Below are positions 23,101-36,573 of a DNA stretch of 64,000 nt, piece by piece. The notes below the pieces were generated by a model. That model saw nothing but the letters and a program-made list of their open reading frames with translations, ran no database searches and was not told where the DNA came from. Source of the DNA: Saccostrea cucullata (lineage: Eukaryota); contig NW_026936725.1 of assembly GCF_032062105.1 (NCBI RefSeq), forward strand, positions 310,001 through 374,000, read 5' to 3'. Numbering within the stretch: the first letter of the stretch is position 1; the number at the start of each line of letters is the position of its first letter. Position numbers and translations under genes: made by a program.

Positions 23101-24369
23101 CTCTCAGAAACTCCTTTAGTATAGACATCGGCAGTATCAATAAAATTTCCTCCCAGAGCGGCAAACCGGTCCAGAACCTTATGTGATGCCTCTTTGTCTA
23201 ACTTCCCTATCTATAAATAGAAAACTTAATATTTATTTTATATGCAATCACTTTTTTCTAAAAATGAATATGATTATATATACATCTTTTATATTCAATG
23301 CGCTTTGCAAAGTTTGCCGAGGAGGAAGTCAAAGAAGTAATAATTCTCTATGGAGAATAGGAATGGGTATTTGTTGTAATGGGGCTTTTAAATTATGAAA
23401 ACTACTATGTTGATGGTCTTCTTCCACAAAGAAAATTTTCCCTATCAATTTCTATATTTTAAAAAAAGAAACTTACTTTAAGGTTTATTTTACAAAATAT
23501 ATTCTTTAAAAAACAATCCTAAGAAACTCAAGCATCTTTTTGATGTCGACTTCAGAGTACTTGTGTGTACAATCAGAATGTTTTCTAACAAAATATTTTT
23601 GCAAATAACCAATGACAAGGTAAGTAAATTTACGAGTTCCATTTTTATTTGAAAAAGCAGCTGTCAATGATATCGAAAAGTCTAGACTTTAATTTATCGT
23701 GAAGAATGGTTGTGTATAAAGTTGAAAAGTCGTAAGTTTTTAAGCTGTTGATTTTGGTAAACTCTTGTGATTTTCATGGAAATATTTTTTATTTCGTTGT
23801 TAGATTCTTGTTTAATGTCCCTCCAGAAAATTTTCACTAATATGGATTCGTCACCATTTGCAGGTGGATAGCTGCAATTTATTTTTACCTATGCTCCACA
23901 CTCAGGGCTATTGAGCAGTGCAAGCACCTTCTGCGACACGGAACCTCCGTTTATAGGGTCTAATCCGAAGAACCGGTCTCCATGTCCCACAGTCCTACAA
24001 AAGATTTACTCCTCGCTTTTCGACGACTCTAGAGCAAACACATCTTACCACTGCGACAAGCATTGAAATGTAATTAGATATGAAAGAATTCATTGTAAAT
24101 AGGGTGTCCAAAGCCTCCATACTATACCTGAAAATTACCAGATATTTGTTCTTACTCCCCTGTTATCAACTGAACTGAATGACACATTTTTTTAATATGA
24201 CACAGAGCGTTCAATGATAACGTAATGGGGTACATGAAATTCATTTTAAAAAACCTTATTTTAAAGTAAAGCTCTAAATTAAACCCACCTGTGGTTGACA
24301 AAATGTCATAGTACCCAAACAAATATTGGAAACACGAAGTCCCGAGCGGCCGAGGTAATTGTACTCCAT
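16321..24369 (-). CDS. aldo-keto reductase, YajO-like, tandem copy 2 (359 aa)
   Basis: Exons 24369-24289, 23210-23077, 21514-21364, 20307-20134, 19841-19744, 18220-18039, 17453-17317, 16443-16321; exons 1-7 the same size as copy 1, open frame of 1080 nt; tetrad DTADVY, ATKV, YQVHHW. Minus-strand AATAAA at 16267-16262. Confidence 0.95.
17074..17143. repeat. (AG)n microsatellite, ~35 units
   Basis: Pure AG run in intron 7 of AKR copy 2. Confidence 0.98.
18989..19577. repeat. recent ~290-bp tandem duplication inside an inverted-repeat-bounded element (AKR copy 2 intron 5)
   Basis: 18989-19274 and 19275-19577 are near-identical apart from a 17-bp indel and a few substitutions; flanked by inverted CTCGGAGTTCCTCGGATGACT (~18951) / AGTCAGCCGAGGATTTCCGA (~19600). 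Confidence 0.9.
20385..20522 (+). mobile_element. Penelope-like RT C-terminal fragment
   Basis: Translates ...[29 protein letters not shown], typical of the helical region after PLE reverse transcriptase. Confidence 0.5.
23800..24056 (-). mobile_element. tRNA-derived SINE (degenerate)
   Basis: Minus strand starts GTCGCAGTGGTAAGA (A-box-like) and ends GTGAAAATTTTCTGGAGGGACATTAAAC; similar tails near 835-870 (-), 25028-25075 (+) and 33660-33722 (+). Confidence 0.6.
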
Positions 24370-25167
24370 GTCCGAAGTTTTCTCAGGACGGTACCACGAA
24401 CTTTCTCTTTCAAGATCTATGGAGATTTGGGATGTTAGACCCAAGTTTTGTCCTAATCATGTATGTTGAAGGACGCCCTGCATGTAATCCGGGTGATATT
24501 GGTTTTTATCTTTTTAGGACAATCATGGTGAACTGTTTGTTCAATAAAGGTATTTCTAAATTAGATAAGTAAACACTATGCTTATCTTTTTTAACGATTT
24601 TCGAGTGAATATTTTTAATCTTTATTATTCACATGTAATTTTTTTTCTTTTGTCAGGCTCTAATACAGAATTTCAAGTATATACATAAAACCAATACAAG
24701 TAATAAATTGATGATCGAAACATTGTAATTTAATAAAGAATTACAGTCATGCAAGTATATAGTACAGAAGATAAGCTGAAGGCGGATATTCTGATCTGTT
24801 AATATGGAATATTTATTTTACACAATGCTAAAAATAGTATGATTTATTGTTTTTGAAGGTCGGTTTAGGTGCCTGATGAGTACAATTTTATATACATTTC
24901 GAAAGTGTCTCAATCATAGTACTAGTATTGACCTAATAAGATTTTTTTTTCAATTCAGAAACTCGGTTCGCGCTTGTACAGTGTAAACTTGTTGAGAGAG
25001 AGAGAATTTTTTTTTATGCAAAAGCTAAGTGAGAAATTCTCGAATGAGAGGTTAAACAACATACAACCAATCAATAAAACAATTTATGAACAGATGTTTC
25101 AATGCTTTTTCATAGTACAATCTGACGGCTTGTCTATGTAAGATCTATTTTGGTATCATGACAATAT

Positions 25168-25310
25168 ACAGTTGTTGACGGGGGTAAAGGGAAAGAGTCG
25201 ATCTGTTGGTCCAGAGTGCAAGCTGTTGCCCAAGGTTGGTGGCCACAGGAAACAGTTTGCACTACGGTCCAACAAGACGACTTTTCTCCGAGACACCTGT
25301 CAGCAACTGT
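25168..25310. repeat. ~140-bp imperfect palindrome (fold-back element end)
   Basis: ACAGTTGTTGAC...GTCGATCTGTTGG.CC..AGTGCAAGCTGTT pairs with AACAGTTTGCACT..GG.CCAACAAGACGAC...GTCAGCAACTGT. Confidence 0.8.
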
Positions 25311-26174
25311 TTATTATACTCCTTTGTCGAATAAGATCTCAGTTTGGCGCCATTTGTCGTCTGCAGGCAACAGTCTTTTTCAACAGTCAATTTTAACAGT
25401 TCCTGGACCAACAGTAGGGAAAACAGTCGAACTGTTGGACTTTTTCAAGTAAAAAATGATATAGAGACTGTTTAGTAAGGGTATAACAAGTCTCTATTTT
25501 GCCGAATTGATTCAACTGGAAAGTAATGTTTTGAATTGATGTTAAGGGGGTCTAAACTTATTTTCGCAGTTACAAAGGTCTTCATAGTGACCTTTATTTC
25601 AAACTTTTTGACAACAGATTCCTCCGATTAAATGATGGACACGGAGAGATTCTAGGATAAATACTTCTCCAGGGCACCTGATATTACCTCCGAATATACT
25701 AGGGTCCCTTTTTATGGTTTCAATTTTTCGTATCATAGTTAATATACGTACTATGGCTAATTTTCACATTATTTTTATTTATAAGATTTTATAATGACGT
25801 GTCTTCTAAATCTCTAAATTTTCTTATACAGATCTATGAAGCTCGCCTTTTCATTTTTACCATAAATTGATAACTATGAGTAACAGAAATACATAGAGAA
25901 CTTCGGCTCCCGATAAGAGCTATTTATTTGTTCATATATCCCATTATACTGTAAAGTACATTAATTTTTGTTATGTACTCTATTTATCGTTTTTCACAAT
26001 AAGTGACTTCCATTACATCAAGTACAAAATGTCTCGTGTGTATATTTTCGAATAGAGCAAACTCAGAAAGGCTAAATCAGATATATATGTACGCTAACTT
26101 GTTAAAAAATGTCTGCAGTTACTGTACACGCCAAATAATTAATTCACCTACAGTTTATGTAAAGATGTAGGTTT

Positions 26175-29100
26175 TTAAAATTTGTTCTCAACATATGGGC
26201 GAGGATAGAAGGAATTCACTCTGCTGATGTTCATGCGATTTAACATCTCGTATGGGTACGGAGTTTCTGGTTTGGATAGGGTGTCGAGCTCCTCCATCTA
26301 TAAATAAAAAAAGGGCATTTTAAGTACTGATATATAAAAAGTAATCATGTATATAGCTCCTATCGTGCATTGTACCGCGTTGCCAAGGCTTCCAAAGTGT
26401 ATAAGAGAATTGAATTAAAATTTTTGATAAATTTCATAATTATAAGAATATTACATTAAATATACTAAACATTCAATAAAAGAATGGTGAGAAAAAAATA
26501 TATATGCTCTTCTTCAACAGATTTAAACTGAAGACTTCCGTTTATTATGGGAACCAACTTTACCTCTTCTTTTGAAAGTTTCCAGTTAATAGCCGCGACA
26601 TTGTCTTCTAGGTGCTCAATAGAGTTGGCTCCAATGATGACAGAGGGAACCACATCCTTCTGAAGTAACCACCGGAGAGCCACCTGTGGTATGGACTTAC
26701 CTGAAGAAGAATTTACATTGTTTTCTATTTCATAAATCCATTCGATACGAGTACTTAAAGTATGTTTTTTAATACTTGTGAAGATTTATCCTAAACAGAT
26801 AACAGTCTAGGGGGAATTAAATGGAAAATTTCAACAAATATCGATCAACAACTCTGAACTGTTGATCGGCCATACAATTGAACCAATACATACACATGTA
26901 TGATTTAAAAATGTTATCAGTGTGACAATTTGTTCTTTTAACAGCGTTCATTGACTTATATTTTCACTCCATAAATAACCAATATCTGTTTCTTAAATGA
27001 TTGAATTTCATTTTTTTTGTTCGCACAGTGAATAATTCTTCAATAAAAAAGAACAGATAATTCCTTAATATAAACTTAATTAAAGAATGTTGTTTGAACA
27101 TTTTCGACAGTACCATGTTCTTTGGCAATTTTCTCCATGGCATCCATTAGCTTCCAGAAGCTTTCGTTATTGTCATACTGACCCCAAGCCGGAGCACTCT
27201 GCATTGCTTTGGACTCGTCCTGGGCAACGAGTCCGATTCTCCCAGCTGCTGGGGGTGGTCGTTCCCCACGCTTGTATTTACCCGTCAGCATTCCACTGTG
27301 AGAAGAATTTTATACAGTTCATTCATTTGTACTTAAAGAATCTGAATATACTGTCATTCGTGATTGAGAAGTCTGGATTTGATTCTGGTTTTCCGTGCTG
27401 CAAAAAACTTCAGGCAGAGACGTAAACATAGGTTATGAGTGTTCTTTCGCCAAGCACCCAGCGCTTACAAGTAAAAGACAGTTTAGGGGGAGACCTTAAA
27501 ATCCTAGATCGTCAACATACAATCAATTAAATTGTTACGCCAATGTGCGTCCAAGAAGCGAGGTGAAGGTTCTGAACAGAGATCCAGCCATACTAAGACA
27601 ACATAATTGCTTGGCAAAATCTTTGGTTTAATACAGATCGTGAGATAAAAAGTTGTAATAATAGACGAAAGATGATATAACTCTAGTTCTTAGAAAAAAG
27701 GTTGCTATAAAACATATAGTAATACCCTTTTAATGGACTCCACGGTAACACACCAAGACCCTCATTCTTACACACTTGAAATTCCTCAAACTCCGGATGC
27801 CGACAAAGTAAACTATATTGTTGCTGTTACAATTATAGTAAAAAACGATATTTGTTTTCTTTCAAACACAAATATACAATAGCATTGATAATCATTCTTC
27901 TTATTCGGTATCTTTCCTTCTAAAAGGTTTTTGTATTGTAAATTTTTTACACAAAAGGAGAATGTTAGATATTTTAGTAATTTAAATGATAAATATTAAT
28001 ACTTCGATTTCTTTCAAGAAAAGGGAAATCAAGAAATTTGTGCTTTGAATGTCTTGTTTGTTTCCACCATACCTACCTGGAGACTGATGATTGGCGGGTA
28101 ATTCTCAGACTTGCAGAGATCCACGACCTTCTGAAGCTGCCAGCCACAAAGATTAGACACACCAATATATCGCACCTTACCGGAAGTGACCAAATCGTTG
28201 AGCGCCCTTAACCACTCCTCAGGTGGAGTAGCATTGTCCCAAACGTGCACCTGTTGAACAAGAATCGTAAAAAATATCTATCACCTTTTGCTGAAATTAT
28301 TTTAAATCTCATTCTCAATTAAAAAAAACTAAAAAAGAATGGTTGAATTCTACATATGAAATCAATACATGTATTAAGTAATTCAAGATAATTATTCCTT
28401 ATGTCAGCCATCGTAGAATTCATATCCATGCTCAGGTAAAAGTCTAAATTGTCGTGTGTGACTTTCAAATGAATTGTTTTCGTCAATCAATCTTCATCCT
28501 TAATTACAGATTATTAAACTATAGACTATTAGCATAGTACTAAGTACGATAAGCTCTAAATCGTTGAGGAGCAATTATGAAGAAACCTGATAGAGATCTA
28601 TGTAATCCGTTTGTAGACGTTTAAGGCTGGCGTCACAGCTCGCCATGATGTGCTTCCTTCCTAACCCGACGTTATTTACATCATCTCCCATGTCCCCTCT
28701 GACCTTCGTGGCTATCACGAATTTTTCCCTTTCTTGTCTAGGAAAAAAAATAATGAAAACAATTTAATTTTTAACTAACAAGTGTAGGACAGGTAGATGT
28801 ATAAAATGCACCGCTTTTAATTCCGATACAATTTAATAAACAGTGTTTGTCTAGTGAAGTACATTCTAGAGAGATGGATAATATTGTTTACCTGAAACCT
28901 AATATCTCCAAAATTTATTTTTTACATAAATAAAATATGTGGGTTTGTCGTTTGGACCCGAAGCTTAACGTTAAAATCAAGCATTCTAAATGTAATTTTA
29001 TCTCAGAAAAATAAATTTCATAAATGATTACTGTAAACTGATTTTTTGTTACATGTAATTGTTTTCTATTCCTTACATACAGTGTAGGAAATGGGATAGT

Positions 29101-30516
29101 ACTTATTTTGCAGATTTGTTTAATTGATTTACACTGCACTAATATGAAAAAGGAAAATACTTTTGTGTTTATATATATAATATAAATCAAAGATTTGGAG
29201 TGTAATACGTAAAGAAAAAGTAGAACTTAAGAACCATATGAATTTATGTCAAAATTTCTTGTTTCTTTTTAATTATTAAATTTTCTTCAGAAGATACATT
29301 AATTTTCATTGCCTTTTTGAAATTACATGATCTTAGGTTAATAGGAAAAAAGGAAATAAAAGTATACTTGTCTTTATCTTATTTCTATTCAACTTGATAA
29401 GAAACCTTATTTAAAGAAAAATAAGCACTCCAAAAGAATTCTATCATTATAACATGTATAATCTTTACGATATATTCAAATTAATTTTATCCTCTTTAAA
29501 GTTAAGTGACTCATTGCAATTGTTCAGATAGAATTTTCTATGCTGTGTAGGATTTCTAAATAAAATTCTTGATTAATATTGTCTCTGTATCAGTTACGCC
29601 ATTTTAGTAGTTATTTTGCAATTAATGCATACAAACAGGAAGATTCCAAACAAACTTAATCCAAAACGAAAAATTTTTTATTCCGAATTTATAATAGTTT
29701 AAACATTCTCTCAGCTATAATACGCACCGAACCAACCACTCGCCAATGATACTCTCAGAAACTCCTTTAGAATAGACATTGGCTGTATCAATAAAATTTC
29801 CTCCCAGGGCGGCAAACCTGTCCAGAACCTTATGTGATGCCTCTTTGTCTAACTTCCCTATCTATAAATAGAACAAAACAAAAAAAAACTAAATATTGTC
29901 TTCCTTTTTATGAAGACAAGGTTTGTCTAAATGAAAATTATTAAATACATGTACATGTATATCATTTTCAGTAAGTGTAATTTGCAATTATAAAATAATA
30001 TAATTTTATGTATAAAAATACTATGCAGTTTTTTTCCGAATTGATGAGAATGTTTGATTAAACCGCTGAAGATTTATCCATAAGAATTAGTTTTATTATT
30101 ATTGAGATAATTTTAGGGGGTAAAAAAAAAAGAGAAAAAGTTTAAAGTATATGTAAGAGAAAAAATTAAAATATATTTTTATCACATTATATGAAAAGGA
30201 ATCTTATCCCTTGATTTATTCATTTCTGAATAGGCTAACTGGGTGTGAAACAATTTACTGTATGTAGACTGGGCAAGGCCTCCATACTTTTAAAAACCTG
30301 AATCACGATATTTTGTTCATATCTTCGTCTATTTTAACTGATTGTCATTGTCAATTCTTCTAATGACACAGAATGCAAAATGAAAATATGAAGGGATACA
30401 TGGAAATAAGAAAAAAAAATTGAAGCAATTCCTACCTGTGGATGGCCGAACGTCATAGTCCCTAAACAAATATTGGAAACACGAAGTCCCGAGCGGCCGA
30501 GGTAATTATATTCCAT
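26175..30516 (-). CDS. aldo-keto reductase, YajO-like, tandem copy 3 (359 aa)
   Basis: Exons 30516-30436, 29861-29728, 28737-28587, 28250-28077, 27823-27726, 27295-27114, 26700-26564, 26297-26175; open frame of 1080 nt; tetrad DTANVY, ATKV, YQVHVW. Minus-strand AATAAA at 25928-25923. Confidence 0.95.
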
Positions 30517-31077
30517 GTCGGACGTTTCTACGAATTCTACCGACTTTCTTTTACAAGATTTATGGAGACTTTATGACTGTTAGACACAGTATTTTGTCCT
30601 GATCATGAATATGTAAGGTGCTCTAAAATAATCCTGGTGTTATGATTTGTTTTTATCTTTTTAGGACAATAAGGCGGCCCATTCGTTTAATAAGGGTATT
30701 GTTCAGTTACCGTTGTATGGTCTATGCCTATCAAGTTTTGTGTGTTTTAAAATTTTCCATAGAAAATTTTAAGTGCCGGATATTTACTAGAATTAGAATT
30801 TAAATATCAATGTTAATTTTTTGTGATCTTAAGATAAATATTTCATCATAGTATATAAGTTAGACAGTGCCGCCATTTTAATGTTATATGATTCATTCTT
30901 TCTTTACGTACACCAACAAGGAATAAAAACCTAGTTAAACAAAGTAATATGGCCAAAGCGTTTTGATAAAAAGTTTTTTAATTTTTGCATTATTTGCCGT
31001 GATAAATTTATTAAGATAATGTGTTGCCTTTTTTAATTTTTAAAATATACAACAAAACGATGAATTGTGTTCAATGC

Positions 31078-31660
31078 TATGCCCCTGTAATTGAAGATTC
31101 TGGGATATATAGTTTTTGCTCTGTCCGTCTGTCTGTCTATTCGTCTCTATTCGTCCACAAAAACTTAAACTTGCTCATAACTTTTTTTGGGATGAATTTT
31201 GGCTTTCATACTTCACAGTTGTATTCTTTGTGACAAGACCTTTCTTTGGTTACCACCAAATTTGACCTCTCGACCTTACATGGAGTTTGAACAACTTTTA
31301 CAAGAAATTATCACACTTAAACATTGGCCATAACTCCTCTAAACAATTGTGCTAGGGCTTTCAACCTTCACATGTGTATTCATCGTGACAAGACCTCTCA
31401 GTGGGTATAAATATTCTTGACCTTAGAGTTAAACCCACTTTTTCAAAACTTTATTTTAGCCGAAGCCGTACCTTTTGAATAGTTAGAACTAGGGCTTTTA
31501 AATTACACAGATGTATTACTTTTAACAAGTCCTTCCTTTCGGTGCCTTTCCCTTGACCTTCCCTTGACCTTCGGAGATTGACGTTCATTTGAGAAAATTT
31601 TACCCTCTCCATAAGCTGCCATACGGGGACGTCAGTATTTCACAAACACATCCTATTTTT
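31078..31660 (+). mobile_element. Helentron/HINE-type element with internal satellite-like core
   Basis: 5' TATGCCCC... followed by (GTCY)n microsatellite, repeated GACAAGACCT...TTGACCTT modules, 3' AGCTGCCATACGGG...TTTCACAAACACATC; second copy at 47762-48440. Confidence 0.75.
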
Positions 31661-34600
31661 CCCATTTAATCATTAGATCAACTCTGAAAGAGTACCGGTA
31701 TGACCAGGAATCTAACATACGATATTGACTCATGCTCTTATATGAATAATATTAACTAAATGCTACTTTTTCCTTTACCATGGGCTTTTACTGTTGTGTT
31801 TGCGAAGCTTTCTTTTTGTAGCTAGTATTGAAAAACATTCTTGAATTAGACTCACTTCAATCTTATCAGAACTCATAATTTAAAAAAGATCAAGAAGAGA
31901 ACAGTATCGTGCTTCTTATAATAAATTTTAAATTGCATTGATATATACACGAAAATGAAATATATAGGTGACATCTGATTCTAGTTTAACAAAGAAAAAT
32001 ATTAATTTCAAGTTTAAATGGTTCAATCTCTCTTTTTCAATCCCAAGTTTATTCCTCAATTTTATTTTTTTTAAAGTCATTTACTAATTTCTTTGATTGT
32101 AGAATTTAATCGATGTCTATTTATGATTACTAGTCGGGGTTCCACATAATATATTGCTATTTCGAATTGGAAATCGTGACTCTGTTTGAAAAAATCTTTC
32201 TTTCATTATTTTTCATTTGTTTGGCACCGTGGGTGATTTTCTTAGTAAGGTAAGGATATTCTGTTACCCTGTACATCGTATATCATGAAATCGCTTTTTG
32301 ATGGAAGAAGAAAATCCAGTTTTAAATGTTTTTATGCAAATTTTGTTTTGATTGACAACAAATAGATGCAATGAAAATTGCTAAATTCGAGTTGAATCTT
32401 GCAGGTAAATCAGATCAAAAAACAAATATTGCTTAGTTTTGTTTATATAAAATAATTTAAAAGCTAACCTCTAACAAACTAGCAAGAGCTAACCTCTAGC
32501 AAAAACGCTTGGTGGATGAAGCATACTGGGTAAATAGCGATAGTCTTTGTGCTGGCATTTCAAATATATTGTTGAAAACAATTTTATCTGAATTTATTTT
32601 AAGATGTTCTATAATATTAAGCAGAAGCAATTGTCTAGTAAGAATATTTTTTTAAGAACTACAAAAGGAACAAGCAAATTTTAAAAAAATTGCCATCCTC
32701 CGCTATCGTTGTGTTTATGGGTGAGATGTCATTATTTATGGCTAATTGTGTCAAACATGAACACCCTACCATATGTCATTCAAAAGCTGTCACCAAAGTT
32801 CTTTTTTCAAACTCTTTTACGATTACATGTAACAATGGAGCAAACATGAAAAAAAAATCCTAGACCTTTAAAAAATGAAGTGTTACATATCCATTCATAT
32901 TTCAGATTATGGTCTAATATTTTGCTTCGTTGAAAGGAAATCAATTTGAGAAAATAGGTATTCCTTATTGAAAGTGACAAAAACGATGACGTTGTAGAAC
33001 GTCACGGAGCAGCAGATAACGATGGTATTTGAGTAACAGAGACTCTGTATCGGTCGAGGTTTAACTGTAATTAAAAAGCTGAACAAAAACTTTAAAAAGT
33101 TACAACGTCATTAAACGACATAGACGCTTCAGAGCTGCTGATCTTATGAAAGTACAGTTAAGTGATAATAAATTAAAGGAAAAAATGACAAAGGAATTCA
33201 TATAAAGAGAACAACTGTTAGAAAAATAAATGTCAAGTGATATAAATGGTTTTTAATGAGTGGGTATTGGACTATATTATTTGACATGTATTGGGATAGT
33301 ATTTTTGAGAAATTCGTGACGCTATGTTTTTGAAGCTACATTGCCGTTGAGTGTGCTCCTTAGATACAAACTATGTTAATTTTAAAATTATGTAAATTTA
33401 TTTCTATTAGATCGAATGGAATGGAACTTTACACATCAAGAAAACAAATATTGTTGTATATGATATTGTGCTTATTTTAAATTCCTTGAGAGTAGTATAA
33501 CGAAGATTGACATCGTCCATGAACTTTTCGAACAACCCTCGCAGTTATGAGAAAAAACTAACATTTTGAAAAGAAGGTCAAACGTCAATGATCACTGTTC
33601 AATGACCCTGAGTGCCAAGTAAAGGACTTATGTCTAAATTTGAAGCTATTTATCAGTGCATGGTGACGTCTCTACAAGCATAAAAAAAATCTCACCCGAG
33701 ATGTAAACAATTAATCAATCAAAAGGCACGAATATATTCGTAAATGACCTTGATTGGACTTGGAAAATATTCATGATATATACATGTTTCATGTTTCATG
33801 TATGATAAAGATTTTTTGTGCGCCGATCTGATATGTGACATGGGTTTTCAGACCAGTCCTGTCGTTGATATGAAGTGTTAATATACAAGTCGGGACAACT
33901 CACCCATGCAAATTGGATATAATAGTCCTTTTGGGATAAAATATCCCAGATGGGATATAATTTACAGTGCAATTTTTTTTACATTAAGTATCATAAATCC
34001 GCATCAAGATACAAATATAAATTTTGGTAAAAAATGTTTTTCTTTATGCTCATTGTTTAGGAGTTTGATCCCTCGGAAGTTCCTTAGTTAACTTTTTAAA
34101 AACTCTTAACAAACTGTAGGGTTGCAGAAAAACTTGCAAAACCAGAAGTTATTATATTATTACATGTAGAAGCTATTACATTCCATTTGGGCGAGTGATC
34201 CCAACCTGTTATATTGTGACTTCAGTCGTATTGCATAGTGCGTGCATGTCAATCAATATGTTTTATTTCATAGCAGATTCATGCATATGGCCTGTTCAAA
34301 AATGAAATGTCTTTGTCCAAGGTTTGAAAAAAAGAAGTGAAGTTGAATCAAACTCTTTTACAATAAACAGAATCAGGTCGATGTATAAATAAGTTATGAA
34401 GTCATGATGTCCGAAAAAGGAAAAATGACAGAAATCTCGATTATTGACTAATACCTTCATTGTGAATTCTTTTGCCATTCTTTACGTTAATGTGAAATTC
34501 ACTTACCGATTCATTTCCTTTATCCCCTGAACTGAATAGCTATTAGTGAGCGGCACTAAAGACTCAAAGCGCTGTGGCGGAAGTAGATCCATGCAATGCG

Positions 34601-35510
34601 ACATAAAAATCTTCTCAATTTCCGCTCGTACATATAGCATCGACGCAGTGGAAAGCCAGCAATATCAATTGGACCTGGTATAAACTCTTAAACGTGAGTC
34701 TCTTATGCTTATACATTCAGTTTGTACATCATACTTCTTATTCATTAATAGTGTTATAAGCTTGTAAATTATATTTCATTCACCAATGAAACTTAATTTT
34801 TTACGAACATCAAAAAAAAGAAGAAACTTTTCTCTTAACCTAGTTTTGTATTAAAGCGTGTTTGGGTCATTGAAATAATGAGATAATTTTTGTACTAGGG
34901 TTAGGATAATATCAGATATTAACGTGTAATGTACAATTTTAGTATGCAATTAACTAGCAATATTGGCAATACTTTTTGCACGACATTGCGCAAAATTGCT
35001 CCACATTTATAGTGAATTGGGACATCTGCATCATGTGAGACAGCAAGTTTTACACTTCTTTGTTAATCTATTAATCTATGCAATGCAATAGTTTTTCTAG
35101 TAATATTTCCATGAATTTAGAGGTTTTATTACATATACTTTTTTAAAATAAAAAAAATAATCCTAGAATCACTGATTTAAATATTTGTTTTCATTTTGAT
35201 TTCATTCCTGTACATTATTTGTCACGAGTGAAAACCGTGACTTTAAAGCAAATGTGAGCTGCATTTTTGAAAATTTTATTTTGCTGTTAAAATGTACTAT
35301 TAATATAAAGAATGGAGGCGTACAGTGCGAAGACAATTCCCCGCTCTGAGAAAAGACATTTCTCAATTCTTAAAGTCATATTTTTCAAAATTATATTGTT
35401 TATATCATCGATTACACATTTAATTCTGTATTTCGTTGTTTTTATATATTATCAATAATTTATTTTTCACCCATATTTTTAAGATATGTGAAAACAATGA
35501 AGAAAAAGCT

Positions 35511-35584
35511 TCACGTATGATTCGAACTCTCTTTCCATAGCACAGGGTTTGGTCCAAGACCGACTGCTTTAACCACTACGCTAC
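35511..35584 (-). mobile_element. tRNA-derived sequence (Pol III A/B boxes), not a functional tRNA
   Basis: GTAGCGTAGTGGTTAAAGC ... GAGTTCGAATC; no acceptor stem or clean cloverleaf. A similar element lies at 59821-59895 (+). Confidence 0.5.
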
Positions 35585-36573
35585 AAAGTATATATGCATT
35601 ATCGACGTCCGTCAGTGTGATTTAAATGAACGGGTTTGTTGAAGCGTATATTTTTTCAAAATTTTTTGATTTTCTTATAGAATGGGTTCAGATTCCATTT
35701 TTTGGACAAATGAAATAGATTTCACATTCACGTTTCCATCATTTCAGCATTAACGAAGAATGGAGACTTGACCCATTCATGTTCCAAATTCATTTTTTAT
35801 AGAGTTTAGTAAACCCATTTTCCACTTAATATGCTTAACTGTCAATTTTGAAATATAGATAAACCTTCATGATCAATTAGACTAAAATAAAGCAGAAGAA
35901 AGACTTCTATATACAATCCAATATACAGTTTTATATTAAAAAAAAAATGATTGTACAAGACGACAATATTGTAATTTTGATTCAGTCATACCTTATGAAT
36001 AGTTCTTCCATCGCAAATATGAACAACAAATGTTTAATGTAATTATTTGTCATTGAAAGAGTTATTTACAATTTTGCATCAAAAAGTTTCGACATCAAAG
36101 TTGCATCTCATATTGCTTTTAATGAAAAAATACAATATCTACATACAATTTAACAGTGTTTTAGCTAACTGTCTTGGCCCATTCATGTTCCAAATTCATT
36201 TTTTATTCAGTATTGCATTCGTGGGGCAAATGATTAAAAGGGTACAAAACCACAAAACAAATAGTTTTTTTATCTGTAATTTAATGGTAAAAAGAGTTTT
36301 TTGAAAAGTGTTCATAGGAATGCTTGGTTCATTTAAAATGCCATTTCTTACATCTTAAGTATTTGTCGTAGTAGTTTTTGTCTTTGTGAAGCAACTCAAA
36401 AAGTAGAAGTCTTTGACGTGATATATTGTTCTATGTGCATTTTTTCTCAATATTTACATCTACTGTAGCAAGGCAAGGCACGTCCATCGGTTCAAAATAA
36501 TTAGTGTTGTAAATTATTTCCAAAAATGTAATTAAAAGCATACCCATCAAGTGATAATCTTTCATCAAACCGG

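Noticed and set aside
24860-24915. Hammerhead ribozyme-like CTGATGAG...CGAAA
   Set aside because: Stem II is broken and no stem I partner can be found; at best a decayed relic.
18015-27425. Plus-strand ORFs 18015-18260, 20119-20328 and 27087-27425
   Set aside because: Antisense shadows of AKR exons.
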